The notes: generated by a model from the letters alone, not told the origin. Shown: positions 40,960-53,028, numbered from the stretch's first letter. The stretch: DNA of 64,000 nt from an uncultured delta proteobacterium (GCA_963802945.1 CAWDKY010000032.1:32001-96000); one strand, 5' to 3'. Translations and numbers: made by a program.

Positions 40960-42463
40960 ATGAACGTTGCCAGGAATTTAGAACGGTCGGCCCTCTTCTT
41001 TCCCGAGCACCCCGCCCTCAGCGATGGGGAACAGGAACTCACTTATCAAACCTTAAACACCTTGGCCAATCAGGTGGCCACCTCCTTGATTCAATTCGGG
41101 GTAAAACCGGGGGATTTTATAGGCCTTTGTGCGCCCAATAGCGCCGATTGGATTATTTTCTATTTCGGAGTTCTCAAAACCGGCGCAGTGGCCGTGACTT
41201 ATTCCTATCTTCTCCAGGAAAAGGAACTTAACCTTCTGGTTCATCACTCCAAACCCAAGATGATTTTTACAACCGACAGCCGAATCCCGGAAGTGGAGAA
41301 AATGAAGGCCTCGGGAGCTTCTGGAAAAAATCATCTGCCCTCATGGTGATGTGAATCTGACTCAATTATTGGATCGGGGTCGGGAAACTTTTCAAGCCAT
41401 CGATCGCGACCGAAGCGATCCCGCCGCTGTTTTATATACCGGAGGGACCACCGGGGATCCCAAAGGGGTCCTGCTGACGCATGAAAATATCAACGTCTCC
41501 AGCCATAATGTGGCCTTCTCGGAACGATCCAGTGAATTCGACCGGGCCCTTTGTTATCTCCCCTTCAATCATGTCTTTGGTCAAATGCACATCATGAATG
41601 CCACTGTTTTGAGCGCCGGATGTCTGGAAATTTTACCGGGTTTTGATTTGGATAAGGTCCTTAAGTTAATCTCCAGGGGAAAGATCACCAAGTTTTATGC
41701 AGTTCCTACAACCTATATCCGCCTGCTCACTGAGGAAAATCTCAAAGAAAAATTGGGTAAGATACGATATTGTTTTTCGGCCGCCGCCAGTCTGGCCGGG
41801 GAGATCGTCCGGCAATGGAAAGAACGTACCGGACTGACTATTTATGAAGCCTACGGTTTGACCGAATCCGCCTCGATGGTCACCTATAACCATTTTTGTC
41901 GTCATGTGGTCGGGTCGGTCGGGGAAGTGGCACCCGGTATCGAGGTGGAGATTCGAGATCTATCGGGTAACAAACTGGGAAAAAATCAAGAAGGTGAAAT
42001 TTGTATTCGAGGGCGGAACATCATGGCCGGCTACCTCAATAATCCCAAAGATACCCAAGCGGCTTTTTGGGAGAATGACTGGTTTAGATCCGGAGATATC
42101 GGTTATCTCGATGATCAGGGATATCTTTTCATTGTCGATCGCCTCAAAGATATGATCATCACCGGCGGGGAAAATGTTTATCCCAGGGAAGTCGAAGAGA
42201 TTATTTACACCCGAAGCGAAGTGCAGGAGTGTGCGGTTGTCGGTCTTCCTGACCGGGAGTGGGGTGAAAGGGTGACCGCTTTCATTATTCCGAAACCAGG
42301 ACGGGTGATCAGCCCTCAAGATTTGAAATCTTTCCTAAAGTCTTCTTTATCCTCTTTCAAGGTGCCTAAAGAGGTGGTGACGCTGGAGGAAATGCCCAAG
42401 AGTCCAGCCGGCAAAATCCTGAAACGAGAACTGAAAAAAAGTTATTTGGAGGGAAAGAGCTGA
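40960..42463 (+). CDS. Acyl-CoA ligase (AMP-binding); frameshift near 41315
   Basis: Two ORFs join into one ligase: YTGGTTGDPKG, YGLTE, SGDIG, GKILK. Confidence 0.88.
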
Positions 42464-42769
42464 AACGAGCCTAACGTGGTGCAAAAACCCCATCATTTAT
42501 CTTTTATTAATTATTGACTTTTGTCCCGGAAAACCCCATCCCCCTTTTGGGGAAAGGATTGCCTGCTGGTGTTGATTCGCCTGCTTGCCGGGCGACGGGG
42601 CAGACATGGCAGGCAGACATGGAGGGGAAATTCAACTTTTAACAAAACCGTCAAAATATAATATTTTTCATTCCATAGTTAAAGATTAAGCGTGTTAGTC
42701 TTTCCACCTCATTTTTATTGGTAAAAAATAATAGAGACGAATCCGGACCTGATTAGGAGTCTATGTCGG

Positions 42770-43585
42770 ATGGAAACTGATCAAGTAAAACTGCGGATCG
42801 AACACCTATCACTCAGCTTTGGCGGTGTCAGCGCACTGGTCGACATTAGCCTGGACATCCGGGACAAAGAAATACTGGCCATTATCGGACCTAACGGCGC
42901 CGGAAAGACCGCCCTTCTCAACTGCATCAACGGCTTCTACAAACCTCAAAAAGGTGAGATCGTTTATAACGGGAAAAGGATTACCCGGATGCGCCCGGAC
43001 AAGCTGGCGAGCTTGGGCATTGCTAGGACCTTTCAGAACATCGAGCTGTACACAGGACTGACCACCCAGGATAATATCATGGCCGCCCGGCATGTGCTCA
43101 TGAAGCAAAACTTCCTCACGGGTTCGCTATACTTCGGCTGGGCCGTCAAAGAGGAAATCAAGCATCGCCGGACCGTCGAGGAGATTATCGATTTCCTGGA
43201 AATAGCGCCCATTAGAAAGAAGGTGGTCGGTCTGCTGCCCTACGGAATGCGAAAAAGGGTCGAGCTGGCCAGGGCTTTGGCCCTGGAGCCGAAAGTTCTG
43301 CTGCTTGACGAGCCTATGGCCGGGATGAACCTGGAGGAAAAGGAGGATATTGCCCGGTTCATCATTGATGTCTTCGAAGGCCAGGGAGACACCTATCCGG
43401 ATACCCCGGTTCTGAGGGATGGGATCGGCTGCATCATCCTGGTCGAACATGATATGGGAGTGGTTATGGACATTGCCGACCGGATTATCGTCCTTGATTT
43501 CGGGCGAAAGATTGCCGAGGGCACCCCGGCCGAAATCAGCACCAATCCCGAGGTGATCAGCGCTTATCTGGGGAAAGGGAAATAG
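42770..43585 (+). CDS. Liv-type ABC ATPase (LivG-like)
   Basis: GPNGAGKT, RTFQN, LPYG, LLDEP, VEHDM motifs. Confidence 0.92.
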   Translation: METDQVKLRIEHLSLSFGGVSALVDISLDIRDKEILAIIGPNGAGKTALLNCINGFYKPQKGEIVYNGKRITRMRPDKLASLGIARTFQNIELYTGLTTQDNIMAARHVLMKQNFLTGSLYFGWAVKEEIKHRRTVEEIIDFLEIAPIRKKVVGLLPYGMRKRVELARALALEPKVLLLDEPMAGMNLEEKEDIARFIIDVFEGQGDTYPDTPVLRDGIGCIILVEHDMGVVMDIADRIIVLDFGRKIAEGTPAEISTNPEVISAYLGKGK

Positions 43586-43629
43586 ATCCAAACCAAGAAT
43601 ATTTTGAGAATTTATCTCTAACTTTTTCG

Positions 43630-43688
43630 AATGGAATATTGGAATGGTGGTCTCAAAAATCCAATACTCCACCACTCCAATACTCCAG
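43630..43688. repeat. Octamer inverted array (TGGAATAT / ATACTCCA)
   Basis: aatggaatattggaatggtgg .. ccaatactccaccactccaatactcca; similar array at about 6068-6119. Confidence 0.6.
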
Positions 43689-43750
43689 TTTATATCATTG
43701 TAATTAGTTCTGGATTTATAAGATATTTCAAATAACGTTGGTAAGATTTC

Positions 43751-44546
43751 ATGCTGCAAGTCAACAATATCGAAGTGGTCTATATGAATGTCATTCAGGT
43801 GCTGCGAGGCGTATCCCTGGAGGTGGGTGATGGAAAGATCGTTGCCCTGCTCGGGGCCAATGGCGCCGGCAAGACGACCACACTCAAGGCCATATCCGGA
43901 ATGCTGAAGACGGAAGAGGGAAAGGTAACCGATGGCAGCATTGATTTTGATGGAAAGAGGATTGACCAGTATGGTCCCGAGGCCATTGCCGCTTTGGGCA
44001 TCAGCCAGGCCATGGAAGGGCGAAGGGTTCTTGAGCACCTGAGTGTTGAGGAAAATTTACTGGTCGGCGCTTACTGCCGTAAAGACCGGGCCGGGGTCAA
44101 GAGGGACCTGGAAATGGTCTTTGACTACTTCCCCAGGATCAAAGACCTCCGCTACCGGATCAGCGGCTATCTGTCCGGTGGTGAACAGCAGATGCTGGTG
44201 ATCGGGCGGGCGCTCATGGCCCGTCCGAAGCTGATGCTTCTGGATGAACCTTCACTCGGTCTGGCCCCTTTGCTGGTGCAGGACATCTATGAAATCATCC
44301 AGAGAATCAGTGTCCGAGCAAAAAATGGCCATACTCCTTGTGGAGCAAAACGTCAGAGCTGCCCTGGGTATCGCTGATTATGGTTATGTGATGGAGAATG
44401 GCAGGGTGGTTCTAGGAGGTCCGGCTGAGAAGTTAAGAGATAATGAGGATGTTCGGGAATTTTATCTGGGATTATCGGCTGTCGGCTCCCGAAAGAGCTA
44501 TCGTGAAATCAAGCACTACCGGCGCAAGAAGAGGTGGTTGAGTTAG
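43751..44546 (+). CDS. Liv-type ABC ATPase (LivF-like); frameshift near 44312
   Basis: GANGAGKTT, LSGGEQQM, DEPSLGLAP; LLVEQN continues in a shifted frame. Confidence 0.9.
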
Positions 44547-44549
44547 AAA

Positions 44550-46513
44550 ATGAAGACAAAGGCCATGACAGACAGGGACGAAGGCAGAGATCTCATAAAG
44601 AAAAGGGCGATACCTGGCCCAAGATACTCAAGTATAACTTTGAAAAGTATGGCGATAATCGAAGAGCCATGCGCCATAAGCACTACGGCATCTGGCAGCC
44701 TTACTCCTGGAAGGACTACTATCTCAAGGTCAAATACCTGGCCCTTGGGTTGCTGTCCCTCGGCTTTGAACCCGGGGATAAGGTGCTTATTGTCGGGGAT
44801 AATGCCCCCGAGTGGTATTATGCCGAACTGGCTGCCCAGGCCAGTCATGGGGTTTCTGTGGGGGTGTGTCCGGATTTACTTCCTCGGGAGATAAAAATCA
44901 TTGCCGAAAATTCCGAAGCCAGATTTGCCATCGTTGAAGATCAGGAGCAGGTGGATAAGTTTCTCCAAATCAAAGCCGAGCTTCCCTTGCTCAAAAAGGT
45001 TATTTACTGGAGCTATAAGGGACTGGCCCACTATGATGACCCTATTTTGATGGGCTATAAACAGGTCCTGGAAAAAGGGGACAATATGAGGCGGAACACC
45101 TCGGGCTCTTTGAGCGCATAGTGGAAACCGGCAAGGCCGATGATATCTGCGCCATGGTTTACACTTCAGGGACCAGCGGAACCGCACCCAAGGGAGCTGT
45201 CCACACCTATAGGACGATGAGGGCGGGCGCCGATCATTATTTACATCTTGATCCCTGGTATGAAAACGACAATGTGGTCCCTTACCTGCCCCCGGCCTGG
45301 ATGACTGAGCAATGGGTTGGAATCGGTTGTCACCTGCTATCGGCTTGCATCCTGAACTTTGCTGAAGCGCCGGAGACCCAACAGCGGGATACCAGGGAAA
45401 CAGGACCAAGCATCGTATTCTACGATGCCCGGCTATGGGAGAGTCTGGCGGCCATGGTCCAGGCACGGATTCTTGGGGCTGATGCTATCCAAAAGCTGGC
45501 CTTCCGTCTGTTGATGCCGATCGGCTACAAGATGGCCGATCTGAGGTTTCAAAAGAAAAAACCGGACCTCTTCCAGAAAATACTCCACGGCTTGGCTGAT
45601 CTCGTCCTATTCAGACCTCTTAGAAACAGTCTTGGTCTGTCCAATGCCAGAATCTGTTATAGCACCGGGGCCGTGCTCAGTCCGGAGGCCTTCAGGTTCT
45701 ACCATGCCCTGAATCTTCCCCTCAAAAGCCTATACGGGACAACAGAGGGCGGAGCTCTCACCGGCGCCAGGGATGAGGACATCTGTACTGAGACTGTTGG
45801 GCCTGTCCCCAAGGGGACGGAGGTAAAAATAACCGATAATGGGGAACTGATTTATCGTCAGCCCGGCATTTTTGTCGGATATTATAAGGACCCGGAGAAG
45901 ACTGCCGAAGTGCTAAAAGACGGGTGGTTTTATAGTGGAGACAGCGGTTTCATCCGGGAGGATGGACACATTGTATTTTTGGACAGGGTCAGAGGACTTA
46001 ATTGAGCTGGAAAGTGGCGAAAAACTGGCCCCCCAATGGATTGAGAGCCGGCTGAAATTCAGTCCTTATATCAAGGAAGCCTGGGTTCTGGCCGGACCGG
46101 ACCAGGCCTACGCCTCGGCAATATTAATCATTAACTATGATACATGTCAGAAGGTGGGCCGGACAAAAGAGGGTGGCTTATACTACCTTCGCCGAGCTTT
46201 CCCAGAAGGCCGGAGGTTTACGAGTTGGTGAAGCAGGATATCGACAGAATAAACAGCACGCTTGCCCCCGGGTTGCAGGGTGAAGAAATATGTCAACCTG
46301 CACAAGGAATTCGATCCGGATGAGGGCGAGGTAACCAGGAACAGAAAGCTGAGGAGGACCTTTTTGGAAGAGCGTTATCGCGAGCTTATCGATGCGATCT
46401 ATGGGGATAAGACCGAGGTGTCGATAGAAGCCCGGGTCAGGTATCAGGATGGGCGGACGGGAACCATAAAGACGACTCTTAGCATCAAGTCTGTTGAAGG
46501 AGCCTTCGTATGA
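44550..46513 (+). CDS. Long-chain acyl-CoA synthetase within ABC operon; several frameshifts
   Basis: Consecutive ORF pieces: KHYGIWQ, YTSGTSG..PKG, YGTTE, SGDSG, SPYIKEA, GEVTRNRKLRR. Confidence 0.82.
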
Positions 46514-47397
46514 CCTTCTTCCTTCAATTGGTGGTAACCGGTTTTGCCCTGGGCATGGTCTATGCCCTTGTCGCCATAGGCTTTGTTATTATTCTAAAAT
46601 GCTCCAATGCCTTTAACATTGCCCAGGGACACTTTGTAATGATTGGTGGTTACCTGGGCTATACCTTCCTGGTGCCCTTCGGCCTGCCGATATGGGCCAC
46701 CCTGATTCTGGCAATAGTAGTGGCCATCATCATGGGTTTGTTAATAGAACGCCTTACCCTGCGCCCTTTGATGGGTCAATCAGAACTGGCTGTCATCATG
46801 ATGACTATTGCCTTGGCCACTGTATTGGAAGGGCTGGCAACCCTGATCTGGGGCGGCGAATATAAGACCTACCATGGAGTACTGCCGACGCTGACCCTGA
46901 AACTGGGTCAGATATCCATACCCCCGGAGTCGCTAATCGGACTCATCGTCTCTGTTGTTTGCGTAACGTTGCTCATGCTTCTCTTCCGCTATACCAAAAT
47001 CGGACTGGCCATGAGGGCCACTGCCGAGGATTTGCAGGTGGTGCAGAGTGTGGGTATCAAGGCAACCACGGTCTATGCCGTCTCCTGGGTCATTGCCTGT
47101 GTCGTCGGTGTGATCGGCGGCATTCTTTTGGGCGGCGTGTCCGGCGTTATGATACCCCTCGCCGAGATCGGTTTGAAAGCATTCGCCGTGGTGCTGCTGG
47201 GAGGGGTGAACTCAATTGGCGGGGCCATTGTAGCCGGGATCATACTGGGTATGCTGGAAAATGTGGCTGCCGGGTACCTGGACCCATTACTGCCCGGCGG
47301 CGGGCTGGCCCAAATATTTCCGTTTATGGTCATGATCATTGTGCTCATCTTTAGGCCCTATGGTCTATTTGGTCTGGTCAGGATAGAAAGGATTTAA
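46510..47397 (+). CDS. Liv-type ABC permease (LivH-like)
   Basis: YALVAIG, FNIAQG, GLAMRA and RPYGLFG motifs. Confidence 0.92.
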   Translation: MTFFLQLVVTGFALGMVYALVAIGFVIILKCSNAFNIAQGHFVMIGGYLGYTFLVPFGLPIWATLILAIVVAIIMGLLIERLTLRPLMGQSELAVIMMTIALATVLEGLATLIWGGEYKTYHGVLPTLTLKLGQISIPPESLIGLIVSVVCVTLLMLLFRYTKIGLAMRATAEDLQVVQSVGIKATTVYAVSWVIACVVGVIGGILLGGVSGVMIPLAEIGLKAFAVVLLGGVNSIGGAIVAGIILGMLENVAAGYLDPLLPGGGLAQIFPFMVMIIVLIFRPYGLFGLVRIERI

Positions 47398-47400
47398 TCA

Positions 47401-48459
47401 ATGGGTTTACGCTCCGGAACCTTTCAAGAAACCTACGCGCAGGATATGGCTGTCTTCCGCACCAAGGCTGCAATGGGGAATGCTCCTGGTCTTTCCTCAT
47501 CTTTCTTTTCACCTGCCCATTGTTATTTCAGTGACAGGATACTGACCATCATGACCATGATCGGTATTGCCATTATCAGTGTTCACGGGCTCAATATTCT
47601 GACCGGATACTGCGGCCAAATCTCCATGGGCCATGTGGGTTTTATGGCAGTCGGCGCCTATGTCTCGGCGATCTTAACCGCCAAGCTCGGCTGGTCATTC
47701 TGGGCGGCCTTGCCCTGTGCCGCCCTGGCCGCGGGAATGGCAGGTTTGATCTTCGGTCTGCCGTCCTTAAAGATCAAGGGTTCTACCTCATTATGGCCAC
47801 CATCGCCGCCCATTTTATTATTATCTGGCTGATCCTCCAGCTCCGAAGTATCACCGGCGGAGCTGACGGCATGGCTGTGCCCAAACCCCGGATAGGCAGT
47901 ATCGTGTTGACGTCCAAAGCCAGCTACTTCTACCTGGTTATGATAATGGCCTGCCTGGCCACGTTCTTGGCTGTAAACATGGTCAGGACCAGGGCAGGCA
48001 GGGCCTTCGTCGCCATCAGAGATAACGACCTGGCGGCTGAGGTCATGGGGATCAATCTGTGGAGTTATAAGCTGCAGGCATTCTTTATCGGCTGTGTTTA
48101 TGCCGGAGTGGCCGGGGCCTTGCTGGTTCACTACTATGGATTCGCCAGTGTCGACCAGTTTCCCTTCATGGATTCCGTCTGGTATATGGGCATGCTGATT
48201 GTCGGCGGAATGGGCAGCATCCCGGGGGCTATTCTCGGCGCCGTATCTCTCAAGCTGCTGGATGAGCTGGTCACCATTGTCGGCCCCATCTTATCGGCAG
48301 CCGTTGCTGCCCAGGCAGCCGCTTCATTGGCCCTCATCACCCGGGGATTAGTCATTATTCTCTTTCTTATTTTTGAACCCAGGGGACTCGCACACCGGTG
48401 GGAGACTTATCAAGGCCTATTTCAGATTGTGGCCTTTCTCACATGAAGAAACAGAGTGA
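47401..48459 (+). CDS. Liv-type ABC permease (LivM-like); several frameshifts
   Basis: GLNILTGYCGQISMGH, GRAFVAIRDN, EPRGL; YFRLWPFS end in a shifted frame. Confidence 0.85.
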
Positions 48460-48531
48460 AGGGGGTGATTGATCCGACAAAATACTAAACTTGTTGTTTA
48501 AACCATCAAACCATGTTGAGAGGAGGAGACA

Positions 48532-49791
48532 ATGGCTAAAATTAAATTTGGTTCAATGTGGGTCGCATTCGTAATGTTGTTTATGGTAGGTGGATTGCTG
48601 TTTTCCCCGAAGGCCAACGCTGCCGGAAAAACCGTGTATATCGGCGGCACCATGTCGCTGACCGGACCCTACGCTGAGGATTCGGCGGCAATCCTGGCTG
48701 CCTTTGAGGACTATGTTAAGTATGTAAACGAGACCAAACGTTTGGCCCCCTGGCGCAAAGAGAAATGGCCCGCCGATATAAACCTGGAACTGCTCTGGCG
48801 CGATGACGAGCTCAAACCGGCCAAGGCCCTCTCCATCTACGAGGAGCTCAAGGCCAAAGGGATGCTGGTCTACAGGATATCGGGATCGCCCATCGCCCTG
48901 GCCCTCAAGGACAGGCTGAATCAGGACCACATGGGGGCCACGAGTATGGCCTCCGGACCCTACCTCCTGAAACCACCGCAAACCGTTTTTACCTATTATC
49001 CCATTTATACCGATTCCCTGGCGGCAATCGCCGATTGGTTTAAGGCCCAATGGAAGGGGCCGGGGAAACCAAGGGTGGCTTACCTGACCGCTGATAATGC
49101 CATGGGCAAGTCGATTGAAATACCTGAGATGAAAGCCTATCTTGAGAAGGCGGGATTTGAATTTGTCGGTATCCAGTATGTGCCCCTGGTCCCCACCTCC
49201 CCGCCTACGACCCAATTAATGTGGCTGAAACAAAACAAGGTTGACCTGGCCCTGGGTGTGATGGTCAACCCCGGCTCACAACCGACCATCAAAGAAGCGG
49301 TAAGACTGGGCATGGGCCCCCATCTGGATTACAAAATCGTTTTCGGTCAAGCCTTACCCAGCCACGCCGCCGTGTTCGCTCCGGCCATGGGTGTGCTGGG
49401 TGACGGTTTTATCTGTGCCGGGAGTTTTCCTCCATTGGATGATCTAGCCACTCCGGGGATAAAATTCTGTGACGACCTGCAGAAGAAATATCACCCAACC
49501 AAAAGGGCCACCCATGTCATGTACGTGGGCGGTATGCTCGAGGCCATGGTCCAGGTTGAAGCCTTAAGGCTGGCCTTGCAAAAGACGCCCCTTGAAAAGC
49601 TGAAACCGGAAGATGTGCTTCAAAACGGGTTCTACAAAATTAAAAATCTTTCTACCGGGAACTTGAGTGCCACCCCAATGAGCTATGGTCCGGGGAATGT
49701 CGAAGGAGTTAGTGCAGTACGTATAGACCAGGTCCAGAAGGGAAAAGTGGTCAACCTGGGCACAACATGGCCGATTCGGCATATTTATTAA
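48532..49791 (+). CDS. ABC substrate-binding protein (LivJ-like fold)
   Basis: Signal peptide; SLTGPYA; AGGAGG RBS; last gene of the operon. Confidence 0.88.
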   Translation: MAKIKFGSMWVAFVMLFMVGGLLFSPKANAAGKTVYIGGTMSLTGPYAEDSAAILAAFEDYVKYVNETKRLAPWRKEKWPADINLELLWRDDELKPAKALSIYEELKAKGMLVYRISGSPIALALKDRLNQDHMGATSMASGPYLLKPPQTVFTYYPIYTDSLAAIADWFKAQWKGPGKPRVAYLTADNAMGKSIEIPEMKAYLEKAGFEFVGIQYVPLVPTSPPTTQLMWLKQNKVDLALGVMVNPGSQPTIKEAVRLGMGPHLDYKIVFGQALPSHAAVFAPAMGVLGDGFICAGSFPPLDDLATPGIKFCDDLQKKYHPTKRATHVMYVGGMLEAMVQVEALRLALQKTPLEKLKPEDVLQNGFYKIKNLSTGNLSATPMSYGPGNVEGVSAVRIDQVQKGKVVNLGTTWPIRHIY

Positions 49792-49808
49792 CCCTAATCA
49801 CGATCATT

Positions 49809-49836
49809 CCGGGGGCTCTGCGTCAAGGGCCCCTGG
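49809..49836 (+). terminator. GC-rich hairpin after ABC operon
   Basis: ccgggggctct / agggcccctgg stem; weak U-tract. Confidence 0.45.
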
Positions 49837-50171
49837 TTACCTCAGTCGTAAACCTTTTTTATTAGCTACGAACCCACACAGACTCACGGGACAAGTCAAG
49901 GGCGATGAACTACTTTCTCGCCCTTGACGAGGTCGGCCCTACAACTATTCTAAAGAGACCATTCCGAAGGTTAACGATTACCATTTAAAATCTGCATAAA
50001 AAAAAGGGGGGGGCCGCATTTGCCCATCACTTTATTTGAAATGACTAAGAGTCAAGGGTAGACTTGACCCCTTTTTTAACCATCTAGTCCATTCCAGCGA
50101 TGGTGGTGTCCGACACGAGGCCTGTCTGGAACTGCTTTTTAGACGAGTCTAAAGCGGACTGCCGGGCCGCC

Positions 50172-50430
50172 TCATTTCTTTTGATTCGCTACGATATATT
50201 CAGCCATGGTTCTTATAGAGGTGAATATCTTCCGCCCTTCTCTTAGGTTTTCGATCTTAATACCGTAATTGTTTTCCATAAGAATGGCAAGCTCCATCGC
50301 ATCAATAGAATCAAGACCCAACCCGTTTCCGAAAAGAGGTGCTTCCGTTTCAATTTCTTCCGGTGTAAGGTCTAACAGGTTCAGCAGCGGTTATGATCTC
50401 TTCCTTCAGTTTGAGAATCAATTCCTCCAT
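50172..50430 (-). CDS. Acyl carrier protein (absent from ORF track; one extra base near 50385)
   Basis: MEELILKLKEEIITA/LNLLDLTPEEIETEAPLFGNGLGLDSIDAMELAILMENNYGIKI..TMAEYIVANQKK-stop. Confidence 0.88.
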
Positions 50431-50591
50431 GATTTTCATTTTCCTTTAAATAGTTTTTCCAAATTAAAAAGTAAATTTTAACACATTCTTTAAATTTTTT
50501 AAATCTTTTTATCCTGTCTTCCTGCTCAACCACGAAGGGAGAAAGGAGGCTATTCTACAGGAGCGAAGAGAAAAGAAATGGTTGAATGAAT

Positions 50592-50786
50592 GATAAGAAC
50601 TTGCTTTTTATGGGAGGAAGTATAAGTTGAAAAAAAAGTCGAAGTCAAGGAGAAAATCAGGTCAAAATTTGATAAGAAGTTGCTTTTTGATGGGTAAAGT
50701 ATAAGACAAAGAAAAGTTTAGATCAAGAAGAAAAATAGGGCGGAAGGTAAGATGACAAAGGGGGACGTTTGAAGAAAAAAGGGACT
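50592..50786 (-). promoter_or_regulatory. Repeated promoter cassette, tandem copies D1 and D2
   Basis: 79-bp period; TTGACT-18bp-TATACT (50648-50619) and TTGATC-17bp-TATACT (50726-50698). Confidence 0.75.
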
Positions 50787-50837
50787 TTGCCAGTTGGGAT
50801 TATACCAAGAGTGAGAAATAAGGGGGAAAGAAGGCCT

Positions 50838-51948
50838 GGCAGATTCTACTTGCAAGTGCGCCACATTAGATAACCGCAGGACATGATGGGATTTTCTGGT
50901 AGTGTGTGAAGCACGACCAACACGCACCCCAGAAAGGGACCCATCATGCCCTATACCCATCTTACAGAAAAAGATCGATATGTCATCAGCCATTTGAAGG
51001 TGGCCGGTTTTTCGCTACGGGAGATTGGACGTCGTCTCGGGCGAGACCATGCCACCATTAGTCGGGAGATCAAACGTAACGGCCCAACCTATCCTGAAGG
51101 AATATACTGGTACGATTTCACACAACCCCGGGCCATTGAGCGGCGTCATAAAGCCCGGCATTATCGCCGGCATGATCACCGTACGCTGGTTGAATATGTT
51201 GAAGCTAAAATCCGTATCGAATGGCCTCCGGAAGTTATTGCTGCTCACCTAAAGCTTGATCACCCAAACGATAAAACCATGCGTATCTGCCAGGAAACTA
51301 TTTATCGGTGGATATTTCAAGATGCTCAACAAGGTGGCGATCTCTACTGCTATCAGAGACGCCGTCACAAAAAACGCCGCAAACAAAGACGCTATGGCTC
51401 GGGAAGACGTTTTATCCCTGGGCGTGTTTCCATTGATCAACGTCCATCCCTGGTTGATTTACGCCAACGGTTTGGGGACTGGGAAGGGGACACGCTGGAA
51501 GGTGGAAAAGGAAAAGGGGGCCTGGCCACTCATGTCGAGCGTAAAGGCCGTTATCTATTGGCAGCCAAGCTCTCGGACAAGACCTCCAACACCATGACTC
51601 AGCAAAGCATTAAATCCTTTCGGAAAGCTCCCCGGACCCTACGCCATACCCTCACCGTTGATAATGGTAAAGAATTTTCTAATTTCAAAGAGCTCGAAAA
51701 TAAAACCGGGTTAAAAGTCTATTTCGCAGACCCCTATGCAGCTTGGCAGCGGGGAATCAATGAAAATACAAATGGTCTGTTAAGACAATATTTCCCAAAA
51801 GGAACTGATTTCCAAAAGATATCGGAAAAAGAGATTGCTTTTGTCGTTAAAAAACTAAATAATCGCCCCAGAAAATGTCTCCACTACCAGACCCCTCATG
51901 CGGTCTTCTGTCAGGCTCTTAGTGGTGCACTTTGAAGTAGAATCTGCC
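50838..51948 (+). mobile_element. IS30-family insertion sequence (1111 bp)
   Basis: 27-bp terminal inverted repeats GGCAGATTCTACTT.. with 3 mismatches; transposase stop lies inside the right repeat. Confidence 0.93.
50946..51935 (+). CDS. IS30-family DDE transposase
   Basis: [12 protein letters not shown]; [39 protein letters not shown] motifs. Confidence 0.96.
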   Translation: MPYTHLTEKDRYVISHLKVAGFSLREIGRRLGRDHATISREIKRNGPTYPEGIYWYDFTQPRAIERRHKARHYRRHDHRTLVEYVEAKIRIEWPPEVIAAHLKLDHPNDKTMRICQETIYRWIFQDAQQGGDLYCYQRRRHKKRRKQRRYGSGRRFIPGRVSIDQRPSLVDLRQRFGDWEGDTLEGGKGKGGLATHVERKGRYLLAAKLSDKTSNTMTQQSIKSFRKAPRTLRHTLTVDNGKEFSNFKELENKTGLKVYFADPYAAWQRGINENTNGLLRQYFPKGTDFQKISEKEIAFVVKKLNNRPRKCLHYQTPHAVFCQALSGAL

Positions 51949-52045
51949 GTTTCACCTAAGGGGAACAACCCGAAGTATAAAAATCACCCTGCACCTTTTG
52001 AAAAAGGGAGGACCAGGGGAAATTTTAATAAGGTGTAGGACATTC

Positions 52046-52953
52046 ATGGATCAAATTTTAAAAGGACTTTATCGCTTGGGAGTACGTGAGTTTCCTTCTT
52101 ATCTCGTAGTGGGGAGCAGTCTAATTATTCAGGTTGATGCTGGAACCACATTTACGGGGCCGCAGGTCCTCCAAGATATTCAAGAAGCGCTGGGGAAAGG
52201 AAGGGGACCGGACTTTCTTTTCCACACCCATTCCCACTTCGACCATGTAGGCAGCACCCCTTTTCTCAAGCGGCACTTTCCGGAGATAAAAATAGGCGGC
52301 AGTGAAACGTTCGCCAGGCGGCTCTCTCAGCCCAAGGCCGGGAAAGCCATAGCTGATCTCAACCGTGCGCTTGTTCAGAAAAATAATATGGACCAGGGCT
52401 TTATTCCCGGGGATTTTGACTACAGCCTCTTGACGGTTGAGCGGATTCTTAAAAACGGGGATTTGGTCGATCTGGGTGGAGGGGCATCGCTTGAGGTCCT
52501 CGCCACTCCCGGCCACACCAACGACAGCCTGAGCTTCTTTCTCCCCCATCTGGAGGTCATGCTGCCGGGCGATGCGCTCGGGATCCTTCCGGGAGATGAT
52601 GTTTGGGTGGCGCCCCAGTTTCTATCTAGCTACGAGGATTATCTCGACTCCATCGATCGGGTTAGAAAAAAAGCGCCGAAAACCCTTCTCTTGGGCCATC
52701 ACTCCGTGGTACGCCAAGCGGAATCGACCGATTTTTTAAGGCCGCTGTTTCCGACTGCCAGGCCTTCCGGGAGATGATCGAACAGTATCTGAACGAATTC
52801 CAGATGAAGGAAGAAATGGTCGTCCAGCGTATCCAGGCCGCCGAGTATCAGACGCTCCGCAAAAGCAAACAGCCCGAGGCGGCTTTTCTTTTAAACCTTG
52901 CCGCCCAGGTCCGCTTGATCGCGAGAGATATGAAAGGGGATCGGATGGGATAA
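52046..52953 (+). CDS. MBL-fold metallo-hydrolase; frameshift near 52730
   Basis: HTHSHFDH, TPGHT, GD, GH motifs; C-terminus continues in a shifted frame to TAA at 52953. Confidence 0.85.
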
Positions 52954-53003
52954 TATTATTTTCAGGCAAAATGCCTGACCTATTTAATTTTGAGCTTTGA
53001 GTT

Positions 53004-53028
53004 TCGTTCCCACCCATAGCGTGGGAAC
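53004..53028. repeat. REP-like hairpin
   Basis: gttcccac-ccatagc-gtgggaac between convergent genes. Confidence 0.5.

Noticed and set aside
44244-48459. Programmed ribosomal frameshifting in the ABC operon
   Set aside because: Too many slips at unrelated sequence contexts; assembly error or decay is simpler
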